Source of the DNA: Candidatus Staskawiczbacteria bacterium
Lineage (GTDB): Bacteria > Patescibacteriota > Minisyncoccia > Minisyncoccales > Staskawiczbacteraceae
Direction: 5' to 3'
NCBI GenBank assembly: GCA_023245195.1
Contig: JAHFKU010000001.1
Span: 27,662-91,661 of the forward strand
Length of the DNA: 64,000 nt
The position numbers and the translations under genes are program-made. Each line of letters opens with the position of its first letter. The first letter of the stretch is position 1. This document shows, piece after piece, positions 39,001-50,700 of the stretch. Below the pieces are notes generated by a model that worked only from the letters and a program-made list of their open reading frames with translations, had not been told where the DNA came from and did no database searches.

Positions 39001-40364
39001 CTTCCTACACCCTTCCTTCATTTACCACTAACACGATTAATGCCTCTTCTACCGTTATCTATCTCTCAAATGCGACTACGACCGTAACCTCGTTAACCTA
39101 CGGCAACCTCAGCCTGATGCCAAAGATGACCACCGGAGTCGGAAGTCTTACTTACACCATGCCATCGAGCACCGTCAGCATCACCGGCAACTTTAACATC
39201 AAACCCACCGCTTCCAACGCGAGTCTGGCTCTCACCGTCAACTTGGCCACTTCCTCAAACACCGTCACCGGCACCACCACCATCCAACCCGATTCCACCA
39301 ATAGTCCCACGGCCAAGTTAGCTTCCACCTCTTCCAACTACAACCTAACCACCGGCAAGGTAGACATCGAATCCAACGGAACCTTGGATATTAATAATTC
39401 CACCCTCACCATTACCGGAACCTCGGGAACGTTATTCACGAGAGTGGGAACCTTCACCATCGGAGGTACCAGTACCACCACCTTTTCGGGCAATGGAGAC
39501 GCCACCTTAAATTCCGGATCGATAACATTCGATGCCATGACTAATTCTGGAACCGGAACCAAAACCCTCGGAGCCGCCATCACCACCGGGGGAGCGTTGA
39601 CGATTAGCGCGGGGACAATCGATGTTTCAGCCAGCGGCTGCTCTTCCGCTTCTTGTGCTGTTAATGTTGCGGGAAATTTTGCAAATTCCGGAACTTTTAC
39701 TGCCCGCACCGGTACAGTCACTTTTAATGGAACTAGTCAGACGATTTTTGGATCTACTTCTTTTTATAATTTTACCAAATCCGTCAGTTCTGCCGACACC
39801 TTAACTTTTACGGCCTCGTCTACCCAGACTATTGCCGGAACTCTTACGCTCCAGGGCGCTTCCGGTCAGCTGCTTTCATTGGTTTCAAGTTCGAGCCCGA
39901 CCCAATGGAATATTGATCCCCAAGGAACTCGGACCATCGGTTATCTAGATGTTAAAGATTCCAACAACACCAATGCTACGGCAATTACGACATCGGGGTT
40001 TACTATTACTGATTCCGGCCACAATACTAATTGGACATTTAGCACCTCGGGAACGACTCAACAATATGCCGGCGGACGAGTAATATATCTGCCAAAATCT
40101 GAAAAACCAAAAAATCCTATTTTGGTAAATCCTCAATATTTCTTCATTCGTTATTTGGGGCCCGGCGATAGGGGAGAGGATGTACTAATGCTTCAAACAT
40201 TACTTTTGCAACAAGGATTTTTTCCCGCCACTGTAATTATGAATGGTTATTTCGGATCGATAACCAAATTGTCAGTTAAAAAATTTCAGGCCAAATATGG
40301 TATTCGCCAAACGGGAAATGTCGGACCGCTCACCAAAAATGTTTTGAATACTTTAGAAAAATAG
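36009..40364 (+). CDS. Large S/T/G-rich surface protein (beta-helix-like repeats) with C-terminal peptidoglycan-binding domain
   Basis: Signal/TM, YNLTI-type repeats, GDRGEDV..LQ..GYFG.IT..VKKFQ; probable start ATG 36009. Confidence 0.85.
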   Translation: MAFKKISTSVIFAGIFTCTVVFFYLPATPLKIQEARAYACYDDGTNDSNFNWTDTSIWAGCNGSYPGSPANGNSDTVTIGNTNQSGNTFTLNTSSITIASLIIGPISHGGTLKLNGNTLNVNGAVTIKTAANCSFASDLQVGTGTLNATGLITIENTAADSSNCDADLDASTGTITASGGITFLFTAGASADLRLTTTGATTINLTGAVTGAGDLSINSATTLVSTGTSSLGQTATWGKLSIPSGTLTMGAFAISFAGTTSLTGGTLAVSSATGTKTFTGAVTCTTGSFDLSGFATVTSFAAGITANCTTFNTGTGTAAFSADQSLAGSTNITFGGTVTPASTKTITNNNTGTVTVSGALTLTGNWTQGANSTLSLGATPTGSGTFDTSTNTPNTVKYTATSTLKAPSSSYYNLTITGGTVTTIAVTVTNNLVVSGGTLSGTSNITVNGGGVTGDGTITMSAPSVFLVDGTGNFGGATGWTFYDLTFGDGSGATTTTATGAGSITVTNTQTVAANQTLNAGSKTWNLTGVAVSTSSTYVQGCVNTNASNSVTCTMSSNITAGNLLVVSGSTAANLTATFSSSSGVSCTWNTITSGIANSGVPFNYALAYCLVPSTGAETIQISWSGSSSFSDITIAEYSNTSGGFAPGFDKSSNAVVTGDSTTCSTGTTATLSQANELVIALCHGWNGNATIGTVSGYTKRTTSERSSNNNGWYDKDVTSTTGVSWSATIGSDKSIGLIATFMKSGITGSQSLTVNGTFTASTSTFAFQNDMALTIPALTYYNLTLSPTITAARTYTFAGVTTVSNNFDINPTASSALALTTNLGGTLTVTGSTTIERTTSATSTLDTLSASNYALSSGSITISTGGTFTSNNSVITLTGTSGTLFTKTGTLTAVGTTSEWDVTSASGSPTLLSASTTLHILKINAAATVINLGAAFTTDNNSGNKLYVASGVLNQENRTITAGTSGTLQLDSGGTLCLGGTTSATTATCDSGATQTTSYTLPSFTTNTINASSTVIYLSNATTTVTSLTYGNLSLMPKMTTGVGSLTYTMPSSTVSITGNFNIKPTASNASLALTVNLATSSNTVTGTTTIQPDSTNSPTAKLASTSSNYNLTTGKVDIESNGTLDINNSTLTITGTSGTLFTRVGTFTIGGTSTTTFSGNGDATLNSGSITFDAMTNSGTGTKTLGAAITTGGALTISAGTIDVSASGCSSASCAVNVAGNFANSGTFTARTGTVTFNGTSQTIFGSTSFYNFTKSVSSADTLTFTASSTQTIAGTLTLQGASGQLLSLVSSSSPTQWNIDPQGTRTIGYLDVKDSNNTNATAITTSGFTITDSGHNTNWTFSTSGTTQQYAGGRVIYLPKSEKPKNPILVNPQYFFIRYLGPGDRGEDVLMLQTLLLQQGFFPATVIMNGYFGSITKLSVKKFQAKYGIRQTGNVGPLTKNVLNTLEK

Positions 40365-40382
40365 TTTTCCACAATTTTCATC

Positions 40383-40410
40383 TTGACTCGTTTTTTTGAA
40401 AAGTTATAAT
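40383..40410 (+). promoter_or_regulatory. sigma70 promoter of putative 6S RNA
   Basis: TTGACT-16-TATAAT. Confidence 0.7.
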
Positions 40411-40417
40411 GAAAGTA

Positions 40418-40714
40418 GCTCTGAAGTTCCGAAAGGCTCACCAATTAAGTATTGTTCTACTGCACATTAAATCTTTTGGTTAAAAATTTCCAAAAGCTCG
40501 GCGGCTTATCGATTCTCACTGATAAGCTTTCTCGCTTTTGATAATTTTCAACTTCAAAACTTTTAATTTTCGTCACGAAAAATACTTAATTGGTGAGCCT
40601 CATAATATTCTATATTAATTTTCTTAAGGGAGTTCAATATCTGTTCCGGCTGTGGCCGCGACTTGAGAACACCCACTTATATTTTTCATAGAAATATAAT
40701 AAGGGCATCAGAGC
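40418..40714 (+). ncRNA. ssrS: Putative 6S RNA carrying a 167-nt hairpin insertion
   Basis: Closing stem gctctga/tcagagc, inner GGGAGTTC/GAACACCCAC helix resembling Firmicutes 6S, own promoter and terminator, no ORF. Confidence 0.55.
40434..40600. repeat. Family 2 palindromic element copy 2
   Basis: aggctcaccaattaagtatt / aatacttaattggtgagcct; core matches 33151-33270. Confidence 0.85.
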
Positions 40715-40758
40715 AACAAAAAGGTCGCATCCGTGCGATTTTTTTGTTGCTCTGATGC
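40705..40758 (+). terminator. Terminator with extended stem
   Basis: gcatcagagcaacaaaaa ggtcgca..tgcgatt tttttgttgctctgatgc. Confidence 0.75.
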
Positions 40759-40787
40759 GATGTTTAATGATAAAATACCTATATAAT

Positions 40788-41635
40788 ATCTTGCGAGGTC
40801 ATACCTCGCAAGATTTATAAAATTTATGTCTTCAAAAAGACCACAATTAGTTAACGATGAATTTTATCATGTTGTCCTAAGAACTGTGGGTGATAGCGTT
40901 GTTTTCGAAAAAGAAGATGATTTTTATCGTGGCATTTTTTCTATTTATGAATTTAATAATGTCAACCCTGTAAATATATGGTTGAGAAGACAGCAACGTA
41001 AAAAGGAAAAGGCAATGGAAGATCTTGTAAAATCAGATTCTGTAAATTTGCGAGGTATGACCTCGCAATACTCTGAACAACTAGACAGAAGAGATAAGAT
41101 GGTGGAGATTTTATGTTTTTCTTTTATGCCGAATCACTTGCATCTTTTACTGCGCCAATTAAAAGATGATGGAATTACTCATTTTATGCAAAAAGTTGGT
41201 ACTGGCTATGCAAGATATTTTAATCAAAAATACAATCGCAAGGGGCATCTTTTCAGCCGTTTTCGAGCAGTTCATATTAAAACTGATGAACAGTTGAAAA
41301 ATACATTTACCTATATCCACACTAATTTAATCGCTTTAATCGAGCCAGGGTTTAAGGAAAAAGGATTAAAAAATCCCAAGAAGGTAATAGAATTTTTAGA
41401 AAATAGTAAACGCCACAGTTATCTTGATTATCTTAATAAAAAGAATTTTCCTTCGGTCACAGAAAGAGAATTTCTTCTAAACATATTAGGAGGTCCGGAT
41501 GGTTGCCGGGAAGAAGTAAATAATTGGGTAAATCATAAAAAAGAGTTGAAAGATTTTAGTAATGTTTTTTTAGAATAACTATTCTAAATTGCAAACAAAA
41601 ACTTTGCGAGGTATGACCTCGCAAAGTTTTTGTTT
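40788..41635 (+). mobile_element. REP-flanked HUH (Y1, RAYT/IS200-like) transposase locus
   Basis: TTGCGAGGT-nnn-ACCTCGCAA hairpins at 40788-40814, 41048-41068 and 41593-41635. Confidence 0.85.
40826..41578 (+). CDS. REP-associated tyrosine (HUH) transposase
   Basis: FYHVVLR, FMPNHLHLLL (HUH), YFN.KY.R.GHLF, YIHTN. Confidence 0.9.
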   Translation: MSSKRPQLVNDEFYHVVLRTVGDSVVFEKEDDFYRGIFSIYEFNNVNPVNIWLRRQQRKKEKAMEDLVKSDSVNLRGMTSQYSEQLDRRDKMVEILCFSFMPNHLHLLLRQLKDDGITHFMQKVGTGYARYFNQKYNRKGHLFSRFRAVHIKTDEQLKNTFTYIHTNLIALIEPGFKEKGLKNPKKVIEFLENSKRHSYLDYLNKKNFPSVTEREFLLNILGGPDGCREEVNNWVNHKKELKDFSNVFLE

Positions 41636-41741
41636 CTTCTGGGAAGTTATCCACAGTTTTACGGTGGTTTTTAGTATATTTCACATCATTAAAATATGGT
41701 AAAATGAACGAATAATTTTATATTTTTTCCAGCTTTTTTAA

Positions 41742-44700
41742 ATGCCTCCCAAAAAACGCAAGCATAATATTATAACCATAAAAATAAAAGATAAAAATAC
41801 GGTTGCAAAAGCTCCGGCAAGTCTTTATGTGCGCATTGTTTCTCCTGCGCCGGCGCATAAATTATGGTTGCTTAATCTTTTTAGTTCTCAATTGCAAAAC
41901 TTCCGTTTTAAAAGTTACTTTTTTGGTCTTTTTCCCACAAAAGATTTTCGTGATTCAGTGTTTTTTAAAGTTTTTGTGGCGGAATTTTGGCATCTTAAAA
42001 ATACCGCCCGCACCAATATTAAATCTATTGCCCTGGTTTCTTCCCTTTTTATTTTTTCTTTAACACTAACAACCGGCAATTCATTTATTTCAACCTACCA
42101 AATACATCAGCGGGATTACCGCACCATTAAAGATGTTGTCATCAAACAACTGTCGCCGGCGGTTATAAATCAGCCTACCCAATACACCGTTTTAGTCAAG
42201 CAAAGTTTAATTACCAAAGGCAAGAAGGGACAGTATTTGGTAAAGCTTCCAAAAGGCGCCACTAATATCAGTGTTAAAACCATCTTAGCCGATCAAGCCA
42301 AACAAATTCTTTCAAAAGAAACTCCAAAAATCACCAGCCTCTTTTCTAATCTTAAAAATCCTTTATCTTTTACAAAACCTTCCCATTCGGTTTCTGTCAA
42401 ACCCAAAAACGGCCAATTTCTTTTAGCTTCACTTGATGAGTCGGGCTTGCCAGAAACTCCACCAGCGCTAGAACCCGTAGCAGTTGAGTCTCTGCCAGTT
42501 GAACTTCCACCGGCCGCAGAACACGCAGCTGATCCCGTAAAAACCCAAGAAGAATCCGCCGTTTCTGAATCTGCGCCAATTCAGGAAGAGCCCGTAACTT
42601 CCGATGTTCGCGTTATTAAAACTAAGGATGCTACCTTTGTAGATGTTTCTTCTCAAGCGCCGCCAGCGCCAGAATCTGTTACAGAAAATAATAGTGAAGC
42701 TTCTGATGCGCCTGTTGTTCCCGATGCGCCCGCTGCAAATGATGCTAACCAAGATTCTACAAATCAAGATATTGCTGATTCTCCTGAAATTGTTTCCGGA
42801 GAAGTTCCCGCCTCCGATAAATCTTCGGCAGACAAGCCAGCAGACAAAGAAAATAAGGAAAATTCTGGCCAGAATAATCCTGACAACAAACTCAAAAAAG
42901 AAGAGTATATTAAAATTGATTATCAAATCCAGGCAGCCGTAATTACCGAACAAAAAACTAACCATGGGAAAAATGTTACCGTTTCCGCTCCCAATGAAGA
43001 TCCAGAACATCCTCTTACCAACGTGTTGGCTTTTACTGCGATTCCCGAAATTTTTAATATTGGCCAGGAAGATAACATTCAAATTAAGTGGACCAACAAT
43101 CAAGATCAGCCAATGCCCTTTACGGCCCACGATACTAATGGCAATGGAAAGCTTGATTACCTAGAATGGGTAGTTCCGCATTTATCCGAACAAGAATTTA
43201 ACATTATTTATATTTCTAAAGCTTTTTTGCTTGACCAGGATAAAAATGTTCTTGAAGATATTTATCCTATTGTTAAAGAACAGGATGGCACTTTTCAGGC
43301 TGTTACCCAAGGCCAGTATGTCCGTGTGACGTTCATAAAAAATCTTACCCAAAATAACGATATTACGTTGTATGCCCGGCCCACTGACCCAAACCAGCCA
43401 GTTACCATAAAAGTTTACTCTGCTTTGACTGATCAACTTATTACTACCTTTGATGTAATTGATCACGAAGATACCTATCGGGTTTTACTGACAAACTTAG
43501 AACAAGACACCGACGTCTTTGACCTAAAAATCACCAACGCTAACGCTGACATTGATTTTATTGTAGATCCGGGTAACGCTTGTGCAACTAATACTACTGG
43601 CACAGTCAATTGGAGTGCCGCGGGAACTTGGACAAGCTGTGGCGGTGGCTATCCTGGCCAAAGTGGAAACAGCGATACGGTCACTATAGCTAATGCAGCG
43701 GTTGCAGTAACCGGCGATGTTACGGTTACCGTCGATACGATTACGTTTACGGGTGGTAATGCATCCGCATCTATTAATATTAGCAACGGTATAACTATTA
43801 CAGCAACGGGTGCTGCTACGATCAATGCCCCGACCTCGGCTTCTATAACGAAAGAAATTGCAGTAGGTGGTGGTGCTTTGAGTGTTGGTGGACTCTTTAC
43901 CCTGGCTTCTGGTAGCTCTTCTACTAGAATTTCTAAACTTTCAGTTGGTACAGGAACTGCTACTCTTTCTGCGGGTTTGACCTGCACCGGATCAGCAGAA
44001 ACTTTTACCGTTGCCAGTGGCGGAACTTTTAATTTCACTGGTACCATGAGTGCTGGTTGTCTAACCGTTACTATAAATTCTGGATCCACTACTAATTTTA
44101 GTGGTACCGTTCAGCTTGATGGGGCTTATACTTTTGGAATTGTAACCGTTAATAGCGGAACAACAACTATGGGAGCTGTTGCTATTACGTTTGCCGGTAC
44201 CACTACTCTGGGTGGCGGCACCCTGGCGGTTTCCAGTGCCACGGGAACTAAAACATTCACCGGTGCCGTCACTTGCACCACCGGCAGTTTTGATTTATCT
44301 GCTGCCGCTGCCGTCACCAGCTTTGCCGCCGGTATCACCGCCAACTGTACTACGTTTAACACCGGATCAGGTACTGCAACGCTAAGTGCAACTCAATCCC
44401 TGGCTGGTTCTACTAATATTACTTTTGGTGGAGCTTTAACGGTTTCTGCGGGAACTACCACCAATAACAATAGTGGAACCGTTTTATCTACGGGAGTTTT
44501 AACTCTTACTGGTAACTGGGCTCAGGGAGCAAATTCCACTTTGTCTATGAATAGTACTAATAGTGGTTCGGGGACCCTAGATGCTTCTACTAACACTCCA
44601 AACACCGTAAAATATAATGCCACCGCTACCTTAAAAGCCCCAACAAGTTCTTATCATAATCTTACTATCACAGCCGGTACCGTTACTTCTGTGGCAGTTA

Positions 44701-47700
44701 CGATTAGCAACGACTTAGTTGTTAGCGGGGGCACGTTTTCTGGTACCGCTAGCATTACGGTAAATGGAGGAGATGTTACTGGTGATGGAACTATTACCAT
44801 GACCGGAGGAACGTTTTTACTAGACGGCACCGGAAATTTCGGAGGCGCTACTGCTTGGACATTTAATAATTTAACCTTTGGGGATGGTAGTGGAACTACG
44901 ACTACCACCGCCACGGGAGCCGGAGGAATCACTGTTACTGGTGCAACAACCGTAGCCGCAAATCAAACACTAGATGCCGGATCTAAAACATGGAATTTAA
45001 CCGGATCTGTATCTACTATTACCTTTCGCGCAGAAGCCCAGGATATTAATACTGGTACTAATTGTAATCCCGGTGAACCAGCGGGTACCGTTGCCAATGA
45101 TTTATTGGTAGGAATGGTTTGGGTTGGTTCTGCCGCAGGTACCACGCCAAGTATGCCCACGGGATGGACTTCTTTATATAGCGGTATTTCTTCTAATAAT
45201 GATTGGAGATATAACGTTGGCTATATAGTGCGTGGCAGTTCAGCTGCTGCTACCACATTTACTAATACTAATCACTATCGTGAATGTTTTATTATTGGTT
45301 TCTCTGGCGTTAGTACTACAGGTACCATCGATGCCCAATCTTCTAGTGGCACTTTGAGTAATGCGAGTGCTCATAACCCGGATCCGCCAGCTGTAACTGC
45401 GGTATCATCTGCTGCAATGGCGATTGCATTGGGATGGAATGAAGCTGGTAACGCAGGGCCGGGAACTACCAACTGGACCGCACCGACAAACTATACTATG
45501 AGGTCAACTGATCCAAGTAATGGAAATGGAGTTGCTATAGCAAGTCGTCTTTTGACTAGTTCAGGTAGCGAAAATCCCTCTGCTTTTGGAAACGTAGGTT
45601 CGGGTACCACTGATTATTGGGATGGGGCAACATTTACCCTTACTCCCGCAACACTTACTCCACTAACCGTTAACGGCACTTTCACGGCCAGCACCTCAAC
45701 GGTCGCTTTTCAAAATGATATGGCTTTAACCATTCCCGCATTAACGTATTATAATCTCACCCTCACCCCCACCATCACCGCCGCCCGCACCTACACCTTC
45801 GCCGGCGCCACCACCGTCAGTAACAACCTAGATATCAACCCCACCGCTTCTTCCGCCCTGGCTCTGACCGCGAACCTTGGAGGAACCACTACGGTTACTG
45901 GCAGTATTACTATTGAAGGCACGACATCAGGAACCTCAAAGCTGGATACGGTATCGGGCTCTAATTATTCTCTTACCGCTGCTTCTATTAATATTACTTC
46001 CGCCGGCACGTTTACTCCCCAGGCTTCCACGGTTACTCTAACCGGAACCTCGGGAACCCTTTTTACTAAGGCTGGCACGTTCACCGTTGCCACTTCTACG
46101 TTCGTTGTCACCTCTTCTTCTGGCCAGCCATCGCTGTTATCAGCTGCTACCACGTTCCACATTTTAAAAATTAATACCACCGGAGGTTCCACGGTTATTA
46201 ACGCCAATCAAACCATTACCATTGATGATGCTAGTGGAGCCAAGCTCTGGATTGCCGGAGGCGTGCTTAACGACTCAGGTTATGGCATTTCCACGTCTGC
46301 TTCCACAACCAATACCCTTCAAATAGATTCGGGAACTACACTGTGCCTTGGCGGAGCTTCCACGAATACTTCCACTACTTGTGATAGCAACGCCACTTCA
46401 ACTACCTCTCGCACCCTTCCTACGTTTCAAACCTATACCCTCGACTCCGCCTCCACCGTCATCTATCTTTCCAACGCCGCCACCACCGTCACTTCCAAAA
46501 CCTACGGCAACCTCAGCCTGATGCCAAAGATGACCACCGGAGTCGGAAGTCTTACTTACACCATGCCATCGAGCACCGTCAGCATCGCCGGGAACTTTAA
46601 CATTAAGCCCACCGCTTCCAACGCGAGTCTGGCTCTCACGGTCAACTTGGCCACCGCAAGTAACACCGTCACCGGCACCACCACCATCCAACCCGATTCC
46701 ACCAACAGTCCCACCGCCAAACTCGCTTCTACCTCTTCTAACTACAACCTAACCACCGGCAAGGTAGATATTGAATCCAACGGAACCTTGGATATTAATA
46801 ATTCCACTCTCACCGTCACCGGAACCTCGGGAACTCTTTTTACCAGAGTTGGCACCTTCACCATCGGAGGCACCAGTACCACCACCTTTTCGGGCAACGG
46901 AGACGCCACGTTAAATTCAGGTACGATTACCTTTGACGCGATGACCAGTTCCGGGACGGGAACAAAGACGTTGGGTAATGATATTACTACGGGAGGTGCT
47001 TTGACTATTTCAGCCGGTACGTTACAACTTTCCACATTAAGTCTTACTGCCAATTCAACCACCTCCCTCACCGGCACTCTCAACGACAACTCCGCTACCG
47101 GAACAAATCTCTTTGTCGGCGCCGTCACTATTAATAGCGGCGGAGTCTGGACCGAAACCAACAACCCCGCTTTTGAATTCAGGGGAGGATTAACCGAAAA
47201 TAGTTCTTCTGGATTTACTTCAGGAACTGGAACTTATACTTTTAGCACTAACGCTCAAACGATTTCGGGATCCCAATCTTTTACGATTACCAACCTTACT
47301 AACAGTGTTACCAGCTCAACCGGATTAACATTTTCTGGTGCTCAACCGACGGTTACCACGTTGACGCAAGGATCAAGTGCCCAATTAACTTTCAGCGGCA
47401 CCGTGCCAACCATTACCACTCTAACCGCAACGGCTTCTTCAAATACCGTTTCATATACTTCCACGAGTTCCCAGACCACCGTTGCCGCTACTTACGTTAA
47501 CTTTATAAAATCCGGCGCTGGAGGTACTGCTACTTTGGGGGGCAATACCACGTTAAATGGAACTCTTACTATTTCTTCCGGTACACTGCAGTTATCTACC
47601 GCCAACCTTTCTGTTACGGGTGCTTCGTCTATCACTGGAACTCTCAATGACAATTCTGCTACTGGAACTAATACCTTTACCGGAGCTGTTACTATTAATA

Positions 47701-50700
47701 GTGGCGGAGTCTGGACCGAAACTAACAACCCAGGATTTACGTTTCAAGGTGGACTGACCAATGACAGTTCATCGGGCTTTACTTCTGGTACCGGAACTTA
47801 CACGTTTGATACTAATGCGCAAACGATATCTGGTTCCCAATCCTTCACCATTACCAATCTTACCAATAATGTTACTTCTTCAACTGGACTAACTTTTTCT
47901 GGCGCCCAGCCGACGGTTACCACGTTGACGCAGGGATCAAGTGCTCAACTTACGTTTAGCGGCACGGTTCCAACGATTACTACTCTAACCGCAACAGCTT
48001 CGTCAAATACCGTTAGCTACACTTCCACGAGTTCCCAAACTACCATTGCCGCCACCTATGTCAACTTTGTAAAATCTGGCTCCGGCGGTACTGCCACGTT
48101 GGGAGGTGATACCGTTTTAAACGGTACTTTAACAATATCTTCGGGTAGCCTTCAGCTTTCTACTGCTAGTTTTACTGCCACCGGAGCATCGTCTATTACC
48201 GGAACTTTAAACGACAACAGTGCCACGGGAACTAACATTTTCATTGGCGCCGTCACGATTAACAGTGGCGGAGTCTGGACCGAAACTAACAATCCTGCTT
48301 TTGAATTTAGGGGAGGACTGACTAATGATAGTTCTTCTGGTTTTACTTCCGGCACCGGAACCTACACCTTCAGTACCAACGCCCAAACGATATCTGGTTC
48401 CCAATCTTTCACGATTACTAATTTGACTAACAGTGTTACCAGTTCCACCGGACTTACCTTTTCTGGTGCCCAGCCGACCGTGACCACATTAACCCAGGGA
48501 AGTAGCGCGTACCTTACTTTTTCTGGTAACACGGTTCCAACTATTACTACGCTAACAGCCACGGCTAGCGGGAATACGGTTGAATATAGTGCTGCCTCCC
48601 AAGCCATTAAAGTTGTTTCGTATGTTAATTTGACGCTAAGCGGCAGCGGTACTGCCACCGGTGCGGTTACTACCGTTACCGGAGCTTTAAATATTTCGGG
48701 AACCGTGTCTTGGTCCGCCGATGCTATTACCAGCACCATGACTAGTGTTACCGTAAATACCACTGGGACTTTAACCCTGGGAGCGAACATGGCTACCAGC
48801 GGTGCCCTTACCGTAACGAAAGGAACTTTTAGCGCATCGGGTAGCAACTATACGGTTACCGCCGCTTCGGTATCTTCAGCAAATACCAACACCCGCACGA
48901 TTACGATGGGGTCGGGCCTTTGGACATTAAATGGAACGGGAACTGTTTGGGATACTTCAACAACGACCAATCTTACCTTAACTTCTTCGGGAACGATAAA
49001 AATAACCGATACCAGCAGTACCGCAAATACTTTTTCCGGAGGAGGAGTGACATCCTTTAATAATATTTATTTTTCGCGCGGGTCAAGTACGGCTTCAAAT
49101 ACGATCGCAGGAAGCAACACCTTTGCTGATTTTAAAGATGATGGAAGCGCCGCTCATTCCATATTATTTACCACGGGCACTACTCAAACCGTAACCACGT
49201 TCACGGTTTCCGGTACTTCCGGCAATTTGATTACTATTAACAGCACCACTACCGGAACCCACACTCTTTCCAAAGCATCGGGAACGGTTTTTTCTGATTA
49301 CTTAAGTGTTCAACATTCAATTGCTACTGGCGGCGCATCTTGGTATGCAGGGTCACATAGCACCGATAATAATTCCGTAACAACTGCCGGAAGCGGTTGG
49401 ATATTTGCTAATGCCCCTTGCACCTCTTTGGCGACTGGTAATTGGAATACCGCCGGCACTTGGGATTGCGGGCATGTACCAACGACGTCAGATCCAGTCA
49501 TCGTTGCAGCAAGCCACGTGGTTACCATGGATGTAAATTCGGCTTCTTTGGGTACCATTACGATTAATGGCACGCTAAATACCAGCGATGGTACGAGCCG
49601 ATCGTTGAGCGGAACCACGTTGGCCATTGGTGCTGTTGGAACGCTTACTGCCAACGCCTCTGTCATTACTCTTTCTGGTACTTCTGGGACACTTTTTGCC
49701 ATTACATCCGGCGGTACTTTTACCAATGGTACGTCGGAAGTGGTGATAACCAGTGCCGCCGATCTTACCCTTAATTCAACCGCTACTTCTTTTTACAAAC
49801 TAACCTTCAATAATTCTGGAAATACCACAACATTGGGCGCGGCAACTACGGTAGATAATAATTTGACGATCACGGCCGGAACTTTGCAATTAAGTACTTT
49901 GGGCCTAACTGTTACCGGCACCACCTCCCTCACCGGCACCTTAAACGACAACTCCGCCACCGGAACAAATCTCTTTGTCGGCGCCGTCACTATTAATAGC
50001 GGCGGAGTCTGGACCGAAACCAACAACCCCGCTTTTGAATTCAGGGGAGGATTAACCGAAAATAGTTCTTCTGGATTTACTTCAGGAACTGGAACTTATA
50101 CTTTTAGCACTAACGCTCAAACGATTTCGGGATCCCAATCTTTTACGATTACCAACCTTACTAACAGTGTTACCAGCTCAACCGGATTAACATTTTCTGG
50201 TGCTCAACCGACGGTTACCACGTTGACGCAAGGATCAAGTGCTCAACTTACGTTTTCTGGAAGTATGCCGACGATCACCACCTTAACAGCTACCGCCAGT
50301 GGTAATACCGTCAGTTACACTTCTACCGGATCACAAACGGTTAAAGGGACGACGTATGTCAACTTAACCATTGATAAATCTGGCCAGACAGCAACCTTGG
50401 GCGGTGATACCACGGCTAATAATAATGTAACTATCACGGCTGGCACCTTAGATGCCGATAATACCAATAATTATAATCTTACGGTTGGTGGCACGTGGTC
50501 AAATTCCGGCACTTTCACTCCACGACAGGGAACATTTACTCTTACTGGCACTTCCACATTTTCTGATACCACTTCATTTTATAATTTTGCCATTAATGGT
50601 TCCGGAAAAACGGTCACCCTTGGCGGAGCTTTAACTGCTTCAAATAACTTAACTATCACCGCCGGCACCTTAGATGTTTCAGCTTCTGGTTGTTCTTCAG

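Noticed and set aside
38266-46945. Diversity-generating retroelement TR/VR pair
   Set aside because: No reverse transcriptase in the window; both copies are coding and differences do not look adenine-specific.
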